A stretch of 64,000 bases of DNA. Origin: Eledone cirrhosa. Taxonomy: Eukaryota. Positions 14,271 through 27,559 of this stretch are shown here, piece by piece; the stretch's first letter is position 1, and each line of letters begins with the position of its first letter. The stretch covers positions 33,790,001 to 33,854,000 of the forward strand of contig OZ024741.1 in assembly GCA_964016885.1 (NCBI GenBank). Reading direction: 5' to 3'. The notes under the pieces were generated by a model, which saw only the letters and a program-made list of their open reading frames with translations, did no database searches and had not been told where the DNA came from. Made by a program: the position numbers and the translations under genes.

Positions 14271-14998
14271 CTCCCCCCTCCTCCCCGATTATATATATAT
14301 ATAATGTTTAATATAGAAATGGCTTCTACAGGACTAGAACTATTTCATTCAAAAGAAATCACCAGACAAAGGAAATTATTGACAGACATCAAAGACAAGA
14401 ATGACGATGGTGTAATGTAGTTAATACAAGTAACATCGCATATATATATATAAGGATAACATTAAGAAAGATGCTGATGTTACATAAGTCATTTATTCAT
14501 ATGTCAGCTGGGCACACGAGAAGAGGGATTTGTTTTTTGCCTGCGACATATCACAAAATCGGATTTTCATCAGAAGATACCATTCTCATAACAACAAAAA
14601 ATGCATAAATTACATCTTGGATTGCCTAAGAGAACCGTTGAAATAATTATTATCAATTAACGATTTATGTAACATCAACATCTTTCTTATGTTATTCTTA
14701 TACTGAACCTCCAACGTAACTACAAACTACGAATGTAGAGAGCTTTCTACTGTTTACTCCTGTTTTTACCAAAACAACTTCTACAAACACAATATATTTT
14801 TTTTTTTACGTAAATATATATATATAATGTCATTCGTGTTTTTGTTGTTTGTCAATAATTTCTTTTGTCTATATTATGTGAATGTTTTTTCATTATTTTG
14901 TTGTTTTTATTTTAATTTTAAATTCAGTTGATTTTATTTCTTTACTTGTTTACTTATATATTCATTTATTGATTATTATTTTATTCTCTTCTTTGTAG

Positions 14999-15276
14999 AA
15001 CGTGATAATAACTGGAACACTATGCCACCATTAATCGTGAGCACGTGGAAGCTAACAAATTCAAAAGGCATCGCACCTGACATGGAGAAGAAGCCACATG
15101 CCAACGTGACGAACCAGCCAAGAGAGGCATATCCGGCTCTCGTTAGCATCTGGACCATCTATATCATAGTCGGATCTGTGTCCGGTGGAGTCCTTTTCAT
15201 CGGTCTCATCACCATTATAGTGGCAGTCTGCTGCCAGAAGGAGAATACGGGAACATACAAATCTACTAATGTCTAG
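14999..15276 (+). CDS. FGFR-like receptor, last coding exon: stalk, TM helix, short cytoplasmic tail, stop
   Basis: Acceptor ctttgtag|AA completes the phase-1 codon and is in frame with ORF 15022..15276; TM IWTIYIIVGSVSGGVLFIGLITIIVAV, then CCQKENTGTYKSTNV-stop. Confidence 0.85.
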
Positions 15277-15329
15277 TTTAGTCCCTGTTTGAGGTATGGT
15301 GGGATGGGATGGGGGGTGGAGAAGCCCTA

Positions 15330-16470
15330 ATCTAGACATGGTTGGTATAGTCTAGTCTCAACTTGATTTGGTCTGGTCTTATCTAGTTTATTCTTGATTG
15401 ATCCAGTCCAGTTTCACTGAGACTAGTCTATGCTGATGTCTTCTAATTTGATTTAGTTTAATCCAGTTCAGGTTTGACTTGTCTTATCTCATCTCATCTA
15501 GACTGGGCTAGTCAAATTTAGTCTAGAGGAAGGGCTGGGTGGGTTTCATCTAGTCTTGTCTGGGTTGTGCCTGGCTGGTTAAGCCTGATCTGATCAAGTT
15601 TGGACCAGTCTGCACTAGATTTCTCTGATCAAAGTTAATTTGCTCTGGTATATAACAAATCTAGAGTGATCCAGTTTGATCTTGTCTAATGTAGTTTGAA
15701 CTGTTTTGATTCAGTATGACCCAGTTCAATTTGGTCTTGTTTAATGAGAAGTGATCTAGTTTAATCTGGGATGGAAGGGTTTCAATAAATCTGGTCTAAT
15801 CTGGTACCATTTTGTCTGGATTGGTCTCGTGTAGTTTTGAATTAGTCTGGTCAGATCTTGTCTCATTCAATTTGGATTAGTCTAGTGTCAATTTGTCTGG
15901 TCTAGCTGAATTGATTTGGTTTAATCTGGTCAACACTGGTTTAGTCTAGTCTGGATTGATCAGATTTGGTTTGATTTAATCTAGTCAAATCTAGATAAAT
16001 CTAATCTAGAATGGATTGAACTAGCATAGATTGGTCTACACAGTATGTGTCTGGAATCATCTGGTCTAATCAGGTCTAGATTGGTTTGATTTAGATAAAC
16101 CTTATCTATATTGGACTGGTCTGGCATAGTTTGCTCTGTATAGTGTATGTCTGGATTTATCTGGTCTAATTTAGTCTAGATCGGTCTCCTCTCGATAGAT
16201 CTGATCACAACTGGATTGGTCTGCATAGCCTGGTCTACATAGTGCATGTCTGGATTTATTTAATCTAATCCCGTCTAGATCAGTCTCATTTAATATATAC
16301 TGCAAGTTAGCTTAGTCTACGCTGATTTGATCTGGAGTCATTTAGCCTGGACTCATCTGATCTGGATTTATCATTGATCTTGTCTGACATAGACTGAGCA
16401 TGTATGGCCTGAACTGAGCCAATCTGACTGGTCCAATCTAGTTCAACCTAGTTATTCTAGTCTTATTGTC
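15330..16470. repeat. Highly degenerate pentamer satellite (TCTAG/TCTGG-like)
   Basis: Dense recurrence of tctag, tctgg, gtcta and atttg with about 5-nt periodicity. Confidence 0.7.
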
Positions 16471-16653
16471 TTGTTTGATTTGTTTCTTTTTCTATTTTTC
16501 TTCTGTTTATTTCCCCACTCCTAAAGATCAGGTAGCAGATATTGGGGTTAATAGAGGGAGGGGGGGATAATGAGATATTTTTATCAGGATGGGATCAGTT
16601 TTGAAGATGAGTGGTTTTCTAAAGGGACAGATCTTAAGGGTTGTTGTTATTAC

Positions 16654-16689
<36 letters not shown>

Positions 16690-17147
16690 CATTATTATTA
16701 TTATTATTATCATCATCAGCAGCAGCTATGCTTTGAATGACAAAAAATATATACCAAAAAAAAAAGAATATAAAAACAAAGACAAAACACAAAAAAATAA
16801 CAGTAATGTCCCGTAAAAGTTCTCCTTCTAACAGTAGAGGGCGCTTTCTTTCATCCGAATGACTTGAATACAATAATAATATATATATTGTTTGTTTGTA
16901 TTTTTTTTTCCTTTAAATAATTTTCTTTCTTTTGTTTTGCTTTTTTTTTTCATTACTATTCTATCCAACAATGATGGTGATAGCTACTATTATTATTATT
17001 ATTACTATTATTACTATTATTGTTGTTATTATTATTATTATTACTACTATTATAATCATCATCACTATTATTGTGTAATGCCATCAGAGAAATAAAAAAA
17101 ATGAAACTTCATGAATAAATAAATTTGTAAAAATTAAAACCAACAAA

Positions 17148-17189
<42 letters not shown>

Positions 17190-17254
17190 CACGCCTACTA
17201 CTATTATTATTACTACTATTACTACTACTACCACTACAACTACTATTACTTATT

Positions 17255-17291
<37 letters not shown>

Positions 17292-17700
17292 AGCTACTAC
17301 TACTTCTATCACTACAACTACTACTACCACTACAACTACTACTACCACTACAACTACTACTTCTTCTACCACTACTACTACTACTACTACCATTACTACT
17401 ATTACTACTACAACTACTAGTACCACTACTACTACTACTACTACTACTACCACTACAACTACTGCTACTACTTCTTCTACCACTACAACTACTACTACTA
17501 CCACTACTATTACTACTACTACTACCACTACAACTACTACTACCACTACTACCACTAATACTACTACTACTACTTCCACTACAACTACTACTACTTCTAC
17601 TACTTCTTCTACCACTACTACTATTACCACTACAACTACTACTACCACTACTACTAACAGTACAACAACAAAAATACACTGCAACTACTACAACTGATGT
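17148..17700. repeat. (ACT/ACC/ACA)n trinucleotide tract
   Basis: Direct reading; explains the poly-Ser and poly-Val pseudo-ORFs. Confidence 0.95.
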
Positions 17701-18178
17701 TTTTAAAACTGTATGTTTTTGCAACTGCTATATTAAGAACTCTTGTCTGTCTGTCTGTGTGTGTCTGTATGTGTGTATGTTTGTGTATGTCTGTATGTGT
17801 GTATGTTTGTGTGTGTCTGTATGTGTGTGTCTGTGTCTGTGCATGAGTGTATTGGGCTCGGTGAATGACTGGACATGCATATGAAAACAAATGCATACAG
17901 CATGCATTAATGTATGTGAGTGTCTGTGTCTGTGTCAGTGTGCGTATGTGTATGTGTGTATATCTGTGTGTGAGTGTGGAATAAGAGGATGAGAGAAATC
18001 CAAAAACACAGGGTGTGATTGGGAAAATGACATAAAGCATAAATCAAAATAGTTTCCAACAATGCACACACAAACACACAAACACACAAACACACATATA
18101 TATATATTATATATTATATATATATTTTACATATATATATTATGCATATATTATATATATATATATATTATATATATG

Positions 18179-18235
<57 letters not shown>

Positions 18236-18567
18236 AAACAAGGGATCATTGTAACTTCAAATTTCACCTTTTTCAGGGCTTACTCCAAAAGGCTGAACAA
18301 ATCTTGACACAACTGAAATTTTGAATGTTCAAAGTCAACCCATTTTTTTTTTATAATAAACTTTACTCCACATCCAGGAATGAGTTCTTTCATCAGTAAA
18401 TGCTTATACTTATTTAATTCCTAACAAACCTTCAATTATATATATATATATGTGTATGTGCATGTGTAAGTGTGTATGTGTACCTAGTGAGCTGTGCTCA
18501 TGTAGAGTGCTCTACTGTTTTTATGGTGAATGTGAGGTGTACTCAATATATACAAATGTATGTGTAT

Positions 18568-18615
<48 letters not shown>

Positions 18616-18859
18616 CATGCGTGTGTGAATATTATTTATATGTATATAAATAATACTCACACACACATTAGCATTCCTTTGACAAGATCATCACGTTTTA
18701 AAAAAGTAATTATATATATAACAGTGCCCCAGCATGGTCTCAGTCTGTCGGCTGGAACACATAATAGCATAATAGAGTAATAGACAATGGTTGATTTAAG
18801 AAACATTGGAAAATTTCAAAATTGAAATGCGTGCATCCTAATGCAAATAACCATAATAA

Positions 18860-19120
18860 TAGTGTTAAGGGTGTTGAACTTAGGGTCATAATGCATTGGG
18901 TTCGATTCCTGGGCTGGGTTGTGTGTAGTGTTCTTGAGCAAAATACTTCATTTCACATTGCTCCGGTATACTCAACTGAAAATGAGTACCAGCAATAGCT
19001 GGGGGGTTTAACCCTGTGATGGACTGGTGTCCTGTCATGTGTTGGGGAAGTCTTGTACTCTCAGTCCCTTAACACCATGGAAACTGAGATGAGCACTGGC
19101 CTCCAGGTTCATAACAGACT
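18860..19120 (+). mobile_element. tRNA-derived SINE
   Basis: ggttcgattcc B box, ttcttgagcaaaatac, accctgtgatggactggtgtcctgtc. Confidence 0.7.
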
Positions 19121-19574
19121 AAGAAGTATAAATAATAGTTGGGAAAATCATGCAACGCCCTCCTCAAAATGGAGAAAAGTCGACATAGGTTCCTTAGTCC
19201 ACTTTTACACCTTTTTCTCACTCCAGGGTTACTTTACTTGATATTTCAAACTATTATTGTTATTGGTGTTATTTGCATAGAAAAGCACACATTTTACATT
19301 TGAAATTATACACATAAATATATATATAGAGAGAGAGAGATAGATAGATAAGAGAGGAAGCTTATTGAATTGAAAGGACACAGCTTCTGCCGATTCCTCA
19401 CTCATTCAATAATCAATTGGTTAGAGTGCACACATACCTTCATCAGTGAGGAAGACGGCTTTGTGTGGGTAAGATAATTGAGATACCTGGACTGATACAT
19501 CAGTTTCTACGGTTCCGATTTGATGGTAGCTTTCCGAAAGGAATAACCATGGGCAGAATATTAGGTAATATTAT

Positions 19575-19756
19575 GCAGTATCGGTAGAGGGTCTGACGCC
19601 ATGCTTTGACGACGCATAGAGTTACGGCCCTTGCCATTCTGAGTTCAAATCCCGTCGAGGTTGACTTTGCCTTTCATCCTTACGGGGGTCGATAAAATAA
19701 AGTACCAGTAATGCACTGAGTAATTGCTGGCCTTGTGTCAAAAGTAGAAACAATTA
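19575..19756 (+). mobile_element. Second SINE family (gcctttcatccttacggggtcgataaaataaagtaccag core)
   Basis: gagttcaaatcccg B box and conserved core; further copies at about 24290-24425, 24645-24825, 42205-42420 (minus strand) and 44757-45515. Confidence 0.75.
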
Positions 19757-20693
19757 TACTTTATGTAATTTGGTGTGGAACTGTGTTGTTAGTGGGAGAT
19801 AGATAGATAAGTATATAGATGGATAAATAGGTAGATTTTCATCAAGTGGCCATGATAATCCACATATAACAAAGAGTTCAAAGATATAAACAGAATAGTC
19901 TTGTTTCTATTTATTTTAGTCTTCTTACAGCTGTGCCAGATGTTATGAATCTCAACTCATTTGATTGAAAAGATGCACATTATATATAAAATGACGGTCC
20001 AACTCTCATGAAAGGTCAAAACATCTGGTCATGGTGGAAGAAGTGTAAAGAATATACATACATATATATATGTGTATATTATATGGGTGTGTGTTTGTGT
20101 TTGTGTATAATATATATAATAATAATGAGAATGATAATATTAATAATTAACATTTTTAATGATAATAATGTATGATGTATACATATATATATATATATAT
20201 GTATGTATATATATACATATATATACATATACGTGTATTTATATATATACAAATATGTATATATGTATATATATCATCATCATTTAACGTCTATTTTCCA
20301 TGCTAGCATGGGTTAGACGGGTTGTCCCATTTGAGGCCAGTCTTGCTCATACAGAACTGTTTCTGGCTTAGTTTCTACAGCTGGATGCCCTTCCTAATGG
20401 CAATCACATTTACAGTGTGTGCGGGGTGCATTTTGTCATGGCACCAATATGACCACTTTACAGTGTGGACTGAGGCTGGGGGGGGGGGATAAGGGGGGGA
20501 TGATTAGGATGTGGGTGGAGTGTTAGGGTGTGGGATGTATATGGAAATGGGGAAGGGAGGGTAGGGGTTAAATGGTGCATACTAGATATGTGTGCTTCAG
20601 CCCGTGTGCATATGTGTGGTGAGTGTATACATGTATATATATATATACATATATATACATGTACATACATATATATATATATATACATATATT

Positions 20694-20761
<68 letters not shown>

Positions 20762-21337
20762 GATTTGGAAGATTCGTTTACAGGTATTAAATATATATAT
20801 ATATTACATATATGTGTGTACACAGACATACATATGGAAATAATAATTCTCTTTATATTATCTATAACTTGCATATATCCACAAATGTCATATTTATGTA
20901 TACATACAGACATGGAAATACTTTCATACGTTCATACAGAAATACATTCTGCCCATTTTAAGGATTTAGTCTCTTAACTCACTGGACATTGAAACATCTG
21001 ACGTTAACCTCACAGAGAAATATGATGCATGCAACCTACTAAATGATTCTTGAAGACAATGCTGTATGATTTGTGTGCAATGTACATACATACGTACATA
21101 CATACGTACATACATACATACATATATATATATGTATGTACATACATACATATATATATGCGTACATATGTGCATACATACGTACATACATATATACATA
21201 TGTATGTACATACATACATACATACATATATGCGTACATACATACATACATACATATGTATGTACATACATACAATACATACATATGTATATACATAAAT
21301 ACATAACCTGTGTGTGTGCATATATATATATATATGA

Positions 21338-21406
<69 letters not shown>

Positions 21407-21480
21407 GACACACATACAATTAATACATATATATATGCATACAGCAACATTCAACCACACATATATGAAATAATATATAT

Positions 21481-21579
<99 letters not shown>

Positions 21580-22043
21580 TTATATATATCATATACATAT
21601 AAATACATATACATATATATATAATATGCATATGCACACACACTTTTATACACACATATATATATGTATATATACATATATACCATATATATACATATAC
21701 ACATAGACACATACATGTGTGTGTAACACAGTAATCCCTTTTACTATTGTTTTTGTTATCTCCTTTTCCAGAACCATATCATAAACAACAATTCTATATT
21801 CGCAATGATTACCAGATAAATATATATATATATGACAAAATGAACAAAAAAAATTATAAATAAACTTTCAAAGAAAATGAGAAAAAAAATGGCTTCCCAA
21901 TGGATGATATATACATAATAAAATCTAACTAAAGAGAAATATGTCTCTTTTCTCTCTTCTAATTTAATTTGTGAACTATTTCAATATGTTATATATTACT
22001 TATATTATATATGTCATAATATATGTTTATATATTTATATATA

Positions 22044-22131
<88 letters not shown>

Positions 22132-22132
<1 letters not shown>

Positions 22133-22642
22133 TAGCAGTGTACCCGGCGTTGCACGGGATAAGGTATTTTGGAACGCGGGCCGCCAACAGACCTAATCGT
22201 GGAAAAACTGTATGCCTGGACAATATGTAAAGAAAATAAACCGAATATTCTGATGGCTGGATAATCTTTAAGATTTTCCTCGATGAAGCAGGAAAAATGC
22301 AGGTTTTCACCTAGTGCGGGACCTAGGCCATAAATGGATTTTCTTTGCTCACGGTATGAAGAAGAGACTGACTAATACATAATTACAATTTCAAGGAAAT
22401 CGGCCTGACGTAACGCCTCAAAAAAACCCTAAAAATGTTAAACAACGCAGTTTTTCACCTAATGCGGGCCCTAGGAGTAAAAAAAAAAAAATTAAATTTT
22501 TTATGTGCATAACACTCCCTGAAACATAAGTAATACACATATAATGTTTGAAAAAAATCGGTTGGGTACTTCTCGAGTTTTAGGGATTCAAACTCACAAA
22601 CACACACACACTCAGACAGACATCCCCAGTTTTATATATATA
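22132..22642 (-). mobile_element. Non-autonomous Helitron-like element
   Basis: Minus-strand 3' end is a GC hairpin (cccgtgcaacgccggg) followed by CTAG (22132-22135); the other end reads tatatatataaaactggggatgtctg. Confidence 0.7.
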
Positions 22643-23695
22643 CTAGCAGAATGGCCCGGCGTTGCTCGGGATTTGTTATAGGGTTCTTATATATTTGATA
22701 TATATTTATCCTTATCGAACCTCGTGAAATAAATACGTTTGTTTATATTTTGTTATTGTGTATGCAAAAATATCTGTCCATAAATATATAATTATATATA
22801 TATATATATATATATTAAAATAACAGACTAAAGTTTAAGCAAAGAATCACTGCTTTCACCCTTAACGGGATATTCTACCTAAAAGCAGTATGCAGTACAT
22901 ACACTAAGACTAATTGATGTAATCTTGGCCTTGTTTGTTTATATTTTGTTTTTGTGTGTGCAAAAATATCTGTACACGAATATCTATATTAAAATAACAT
23001 ATTAATGTTTAAGCAAAGAATCGCTGCTTTAAATATGACCCCGGAAGTGTTACGAGCAAAAAAAAATTTCAAATTATTCTGTCCTAGGGATCGAATTAGT
23101 GAAGTGACCAATGTCTCTACATAATGAGGGAATGAGAGGGGAGAGAAAGAAACGGTGAGGCGAAGTGACGAAGTGGCTTTTTTCTCCTCTTCCTCCTCCC
23201 ATTCGTCACAGCGTTTTTCGATAGAATGTAAGTTACAAAGAGAGAGAGAGTGAGAGTGAAAGAAAGAGACAGACTACAAGAGGGGGATAGCGGGAGGGAG
23301 AGAGAGAGAGTGAAAGACGCTGTCTTTTGATACTGTCAAAGATACATGACGTATAACTATTAACATGTGTGCGTGTGTGTGTGAGCGTTCCAATAAGAGT
23401 AAAATCTATTAACATGTGAGTGTGTGTATGTGCGACGTAATGCAGACAGTCAGGCATACAGACATATTATGAAGGCGCGACGTCATATCTATGTATCTAT
23501 CTAAAAAGAGAAAGACTAAGAGAAAGAGATCGTCTAATGCGGTCCCTAGGGCATTCAAAATTTAAAATTTTTTTTGCTCAAAACACTTCCGGGGTCATAC
23601 GAGTTACATGTATAAAGTTTGAAAAAAACCGGTTGGGTACTTCTCGAGTTTTAGGGAAACAGACACACAGACATCCTCTGTTTTATATATATAGA
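22643..23695 (-). mobile_element. Non-autonomous Helitron-like element (second tandem unit)
   Basis: Minus-strand 5' TCtatatatataaaacagagg at 23695; 3' hairpin cccgagcaacgccggg plus CTAG at 22643-22646; shares the aaaaatcggttgggtacttctcgagttttaggga block with the first unit. Confidence 0.7.
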
Positions 23696-23731
23696 CTAGC
23701 AGAAAACCGCCCGCGCGTGGTTTTCTGCTAG

Positions 23732-24140
23732 TCTATAAATCTAAAACAGAGAATGCCTGTCTGTCTGTCAGCTCACTAAAACTTGAGAACCATCCAACCG
23801 ATTGTTTTCAAACTTTAGACATGTAATACTTATGGTCCTGTGAGTGTTTTGAGCAAAAATTATTTCAAATTTTCAATGCCCTAGGGACCGCATTAGGTGA
23901 TTTAGCGTTCTCTCTATATAATTCTTAGTCTTTCTTTTTAGATAGATACATAGATATAACGTTGCGCCCTTATAATATCTGTCTGTATGTCTGGCTGTCT
24001 GTATTACGTCATTATGACGCGCTCAATGTGTGTGTGTATATATATATGTATCGTAATGCAGACAGCAAGACAGCTTTCCTTCCCCTCTTCCAGCGTCTCT
24101 TGTAGTCTGTCTCTTTCTTTCACTCTCACTCTCTCTCTAC
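23732..24140 (+). mobile_element. Helitron-like 5' portion, inverted relative to 23400-23695
   Basis: Starts TCtataaatctaaaacagag; contains the reverse complement of taatgcggtccctagggca and atgtatctatctaaaaaga. Confidence 0.65.
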
Positions 24141-24489
24141 GCGTCGGACAGACAGACAGAGAAATTGCTGGTTATATATTATAAGGAGATAGAGATAATG
24201 AAAAAGTATGGATTTTTTTTTTTATATATATAAAAACTGGAAAGAAGTAGGTGGAGAAGTTAAAACAGTTCAAAATAAGGTAATTTATTATAATTGTTTC
24301 TACTTTAGGCACAAGGCCAGCAATTACCCAGTGCATTACTGGTACTTTATTTTATCGACCCCGTAAGGATGAAAGGCAAAGTCAACCTCGGCGGGATTTG
24401 AACTCAAATCGTAAAGGGACGTACGATTTGAGATAATAACCAGTACATAAGGCTACACATGTATGTATATACATATATGTATATATATA

Positions 24490-24538
<49 letters not shown>

Positions 24539-25195
24539 ATTTTGTTTAATGAAAAAGTGGTAGTTGATTTATAATCAGCTGACTTTTTATACAACAGATG
24601 TCAAGCACTCAACGGTATATGTTTATCTAGAGTATTATAATAATAATTGTTTCTATTTTTGGCACAATGCCAGCAATTATCCCAGTGCATTACTGGTACT
24701 TTATTTTATCGACCCTTAAGGATGAAAGGCAAAGTTAACCACGGCGGGAGTTGACCCCAGATCGTAAAGGGGCATAACTCTATGCTGCAAATCATGGCGT
24801 CCGGCCCTCTACCGATACTACCAATAATAAACAAAATATAGTTACTTTAGATTCTTTCTATTTTATTTTACATATTTCGAAGATGCAAGGCTTATAACAT
24901 AATCCAAAACATGTTCTCGTCAGACAAAATGCATAGGAGATGCAGGTTTCTTTTGATATACTGGCGATCAAACGAGCTGGACAAATCGGTGACAATCAAG
25001 CATATGGCATGTATTAAATGGGTTATGAGTCAGTTCTTATTTGGAGTTATTCAGCCTCTAGATAGGTCCCAGACCAAGCTGTCATTGGTAGAGTAGCTTA
25101 ACCTACTAGTGATCAATGACTGAATGATTGTACTATTTTATTTTCATAAAATATTTGGCTATTGAAATACAGAAATAGCTGAATATATATATATA

Positions 25196-26112
25196 TATAT
25201 AAATTAGCGAGAATCGTATTTCGGCCTAGGAATTAACGAAAAACAACTTCCGAGATGTGTGGCAAACGCTCAATGATTCAGATGAACCAGAGCTACAACA
25301 TACGTTAAAGGCCAAACACACTGAGACGATGGTTAGACAATCATTCGCACAGCCAAAGAAACGACCAAGTAATTCGGGTCAAACAAATAAAAATATATGT
25401 GACTGAAAATTTACCCGGACCCCTGGATGGTTGGCAAAATCCAGCATTTGGGTTTCTGCGACTCCTAAATCAAGTACTGTCCGCTTACATAAATAATGTT
25501 AGGCTTCTGGTAAGATGATTGAACAAGGAAGCCACTTTTTCAACAGGTTTTAGTCGAAAGCCCATATAAAGAATGACTGTTACTGACCCCATGTGGAGTT
25601 CAGCAAGGGAGGCAACCCTTATTTTAGGCGAACGAATTCAGTTGTGTATATTATTGCAAGAATGCAAAACATCACAAATCGAATAAAGCTCTCAACAGAA
25701 GGGTTAAAGTTAACATAAGCTATTCATCAGTCAATAGAATCAACTAAATAAATCAAGAAAATTAACTGGTCAATAGCTAGACTCTGGAGATTAATACAAA
25801 TATAAATTAGCGAGAATCGTATTTAGACCTAGGAATTAACGAAAAACAACTTCCGAGATGTGTGGCAAGCGCTCAATGATTCGGATGAACCAGAGCTACA
25901 ACATACGTTAAAGGCCAAACACACTGAGACGATGGTTAGACAATCATTCGCACAGCCAAAGAAACGACCAAGTAATTCGGGTCAAACAAATAAAAATATA
26001 TGTGATTGAAAATTTACCTGGACACCTGGATGGTTGGTAAAATCCAGCATTTGGGTTCTGCGACTCCTAAATCAAGTACTGTCCGCTTACATAAATAATG
26101 TTAGGCTTCTGG

Positions 26113-26114
<2 letters not shown>
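25196..26114. repeat. Pair of ~315-bp direct repeats (25196-25512, 25799-26114) around a ~290-bp spacer
   Basis: aaattagcgagaatcgtattt...gttaggcttctggta is present twice at high identity. Confidence 0.9.
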
Positions 26115-26160
<46 letters not shown>

Positions 26161-26370
26161 AGTGCGCGTGTGGACGTGGGAACTACTAAACCCAGCAGGG
26201 ATTCATTGAAGTGTGGCAGGAAGAAGGACAGCTGATGGTTAGTGTGACAGTACCTATTGGTCAACATTTATGATGACGTAGAAAGACAACAGCCAATAGC
26301 AGGACGAGCGCAGAGGATGTTTTTTTACGTTAACACCCCAGTGAGAAAATTTGATCCGAAATTATTAGAA

Positions 26371-26458
26371 GTGTCCGACGAACCTGCAGATCCAGAATCA
26401 GACAGATCCACACAGTGATCGTGCCTCGAGCTGTCTGCCGGCGAAACAATTGTAACAC
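26371..26458 (+). ncRNA. Hammerhead-like motif with long stem II (core variant CCGACGA)
   Basis: Stem I gtgt/acac; CCGACGA; ~60-nt insert; GAAA-caattg-TA; homolog of 30580-30669. Confidence 0.6.
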
Positions 26459-26498
26459 ACAATAAATTGAGTTCAGATGCATCACTGATTTTTCGTTG

Positions 26499-26544
<46 letters not shown>

Positions 26545-26990
26545 TGTTGAATCTCCACGAGAATTTTGTTAAGGATGCATATGTCTGTGGAATGCTCAGT
26601 CACTTCCAAATTAATTTCATGAGTAGGGTTGTTTGTGTGTGTATGTATATATATATACATAATTTTCAGTAGCACATACATTCTAAGAATGACCTGTAGT
26701 ATCTATTTCATACTATTAACCTTATTTGAATATATATCTGACCAGGAATGCCTTTTGTGAAAATCAGTCATATGGGACTATTGTCATCTTGCCTGACGGT
26801 TTGAACTTTACAAAACCAGCTGCCTCTTTGAGGTCAAATACCAACCCTACTACCATCTACAAACTGACCAATGAGAATTAAGACTATTCCTGCTGACAGC
26901 ATTAAATTATTCCTAACAAGCTCATATGTCCCAAGGCTCTGATACCATCAACACTATAAACACAGAGCTGGCATATCTAAGAACTGAATA

Positions 26991-27046
26991 ACTGCCTGAT
27001 GAGGTCATAGCCATTCAATGGCTATCATCGAAATATATATAGCAGT
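26991..27046 (+). ncRNA. Type I hammerhead ribozyme
   Basis: Stem I actgc/gcagt; CTGATGA; stem II ggt..atagccatt/aatggctat..atc; GAAA; palindromic stem III tatata; UA; AATAAA right after. Confidence 0.85.
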
Positions 27047-27259
27047 AAATAAAGGATTATGAGTTCTTGCAATTGACTTATGTTTCGTCACTATATATAT
27101 ATATATATATATATAATACATACACACACACAAACAATCCTACGTATATATCCATATGTGGTTGACAGCTGAGAGAAAAGAGTAGTTTTAATATTCATTT
27201 TATTAAGGCTAAATAGTGAGTCTTTTTACTTTGGAGTTTCACCTGTTTATCACAGGAAC

Positions 27260-27309
27260 TCTTGTCTGATGACCCTGTGATAAACAGGTGAAATTCCAGA
27301 GTAACAAGA
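27260..27309 (+). ncRNA. Type I hammerhead ribozyme
   Basis: Stem I tcttgt/acaaga; CTGATGA 27266-27272; stem II cctgt/acagg; GAAA 27290-27293; stem III ttc-ca-gag; GUA. Confidence 0.85.
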
Positions 27310-27400
27310 CTCACAATTTAGCCATAATGAAATGAATAAATATATATATACATATATATATATACTCATATATATATATACTCATATATATATACTTATA

Positions 27401-27536
<136 letters not shown>

Positions 27537-27559
27537 TGTGTATCATGTACCACTGCTAT

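Noticed and set aside
17134-17724. Ser/Gly-rich and poly-Val ORFs (also 49024-49435)
   Set aside because: Trinucleotide repeat tracts.
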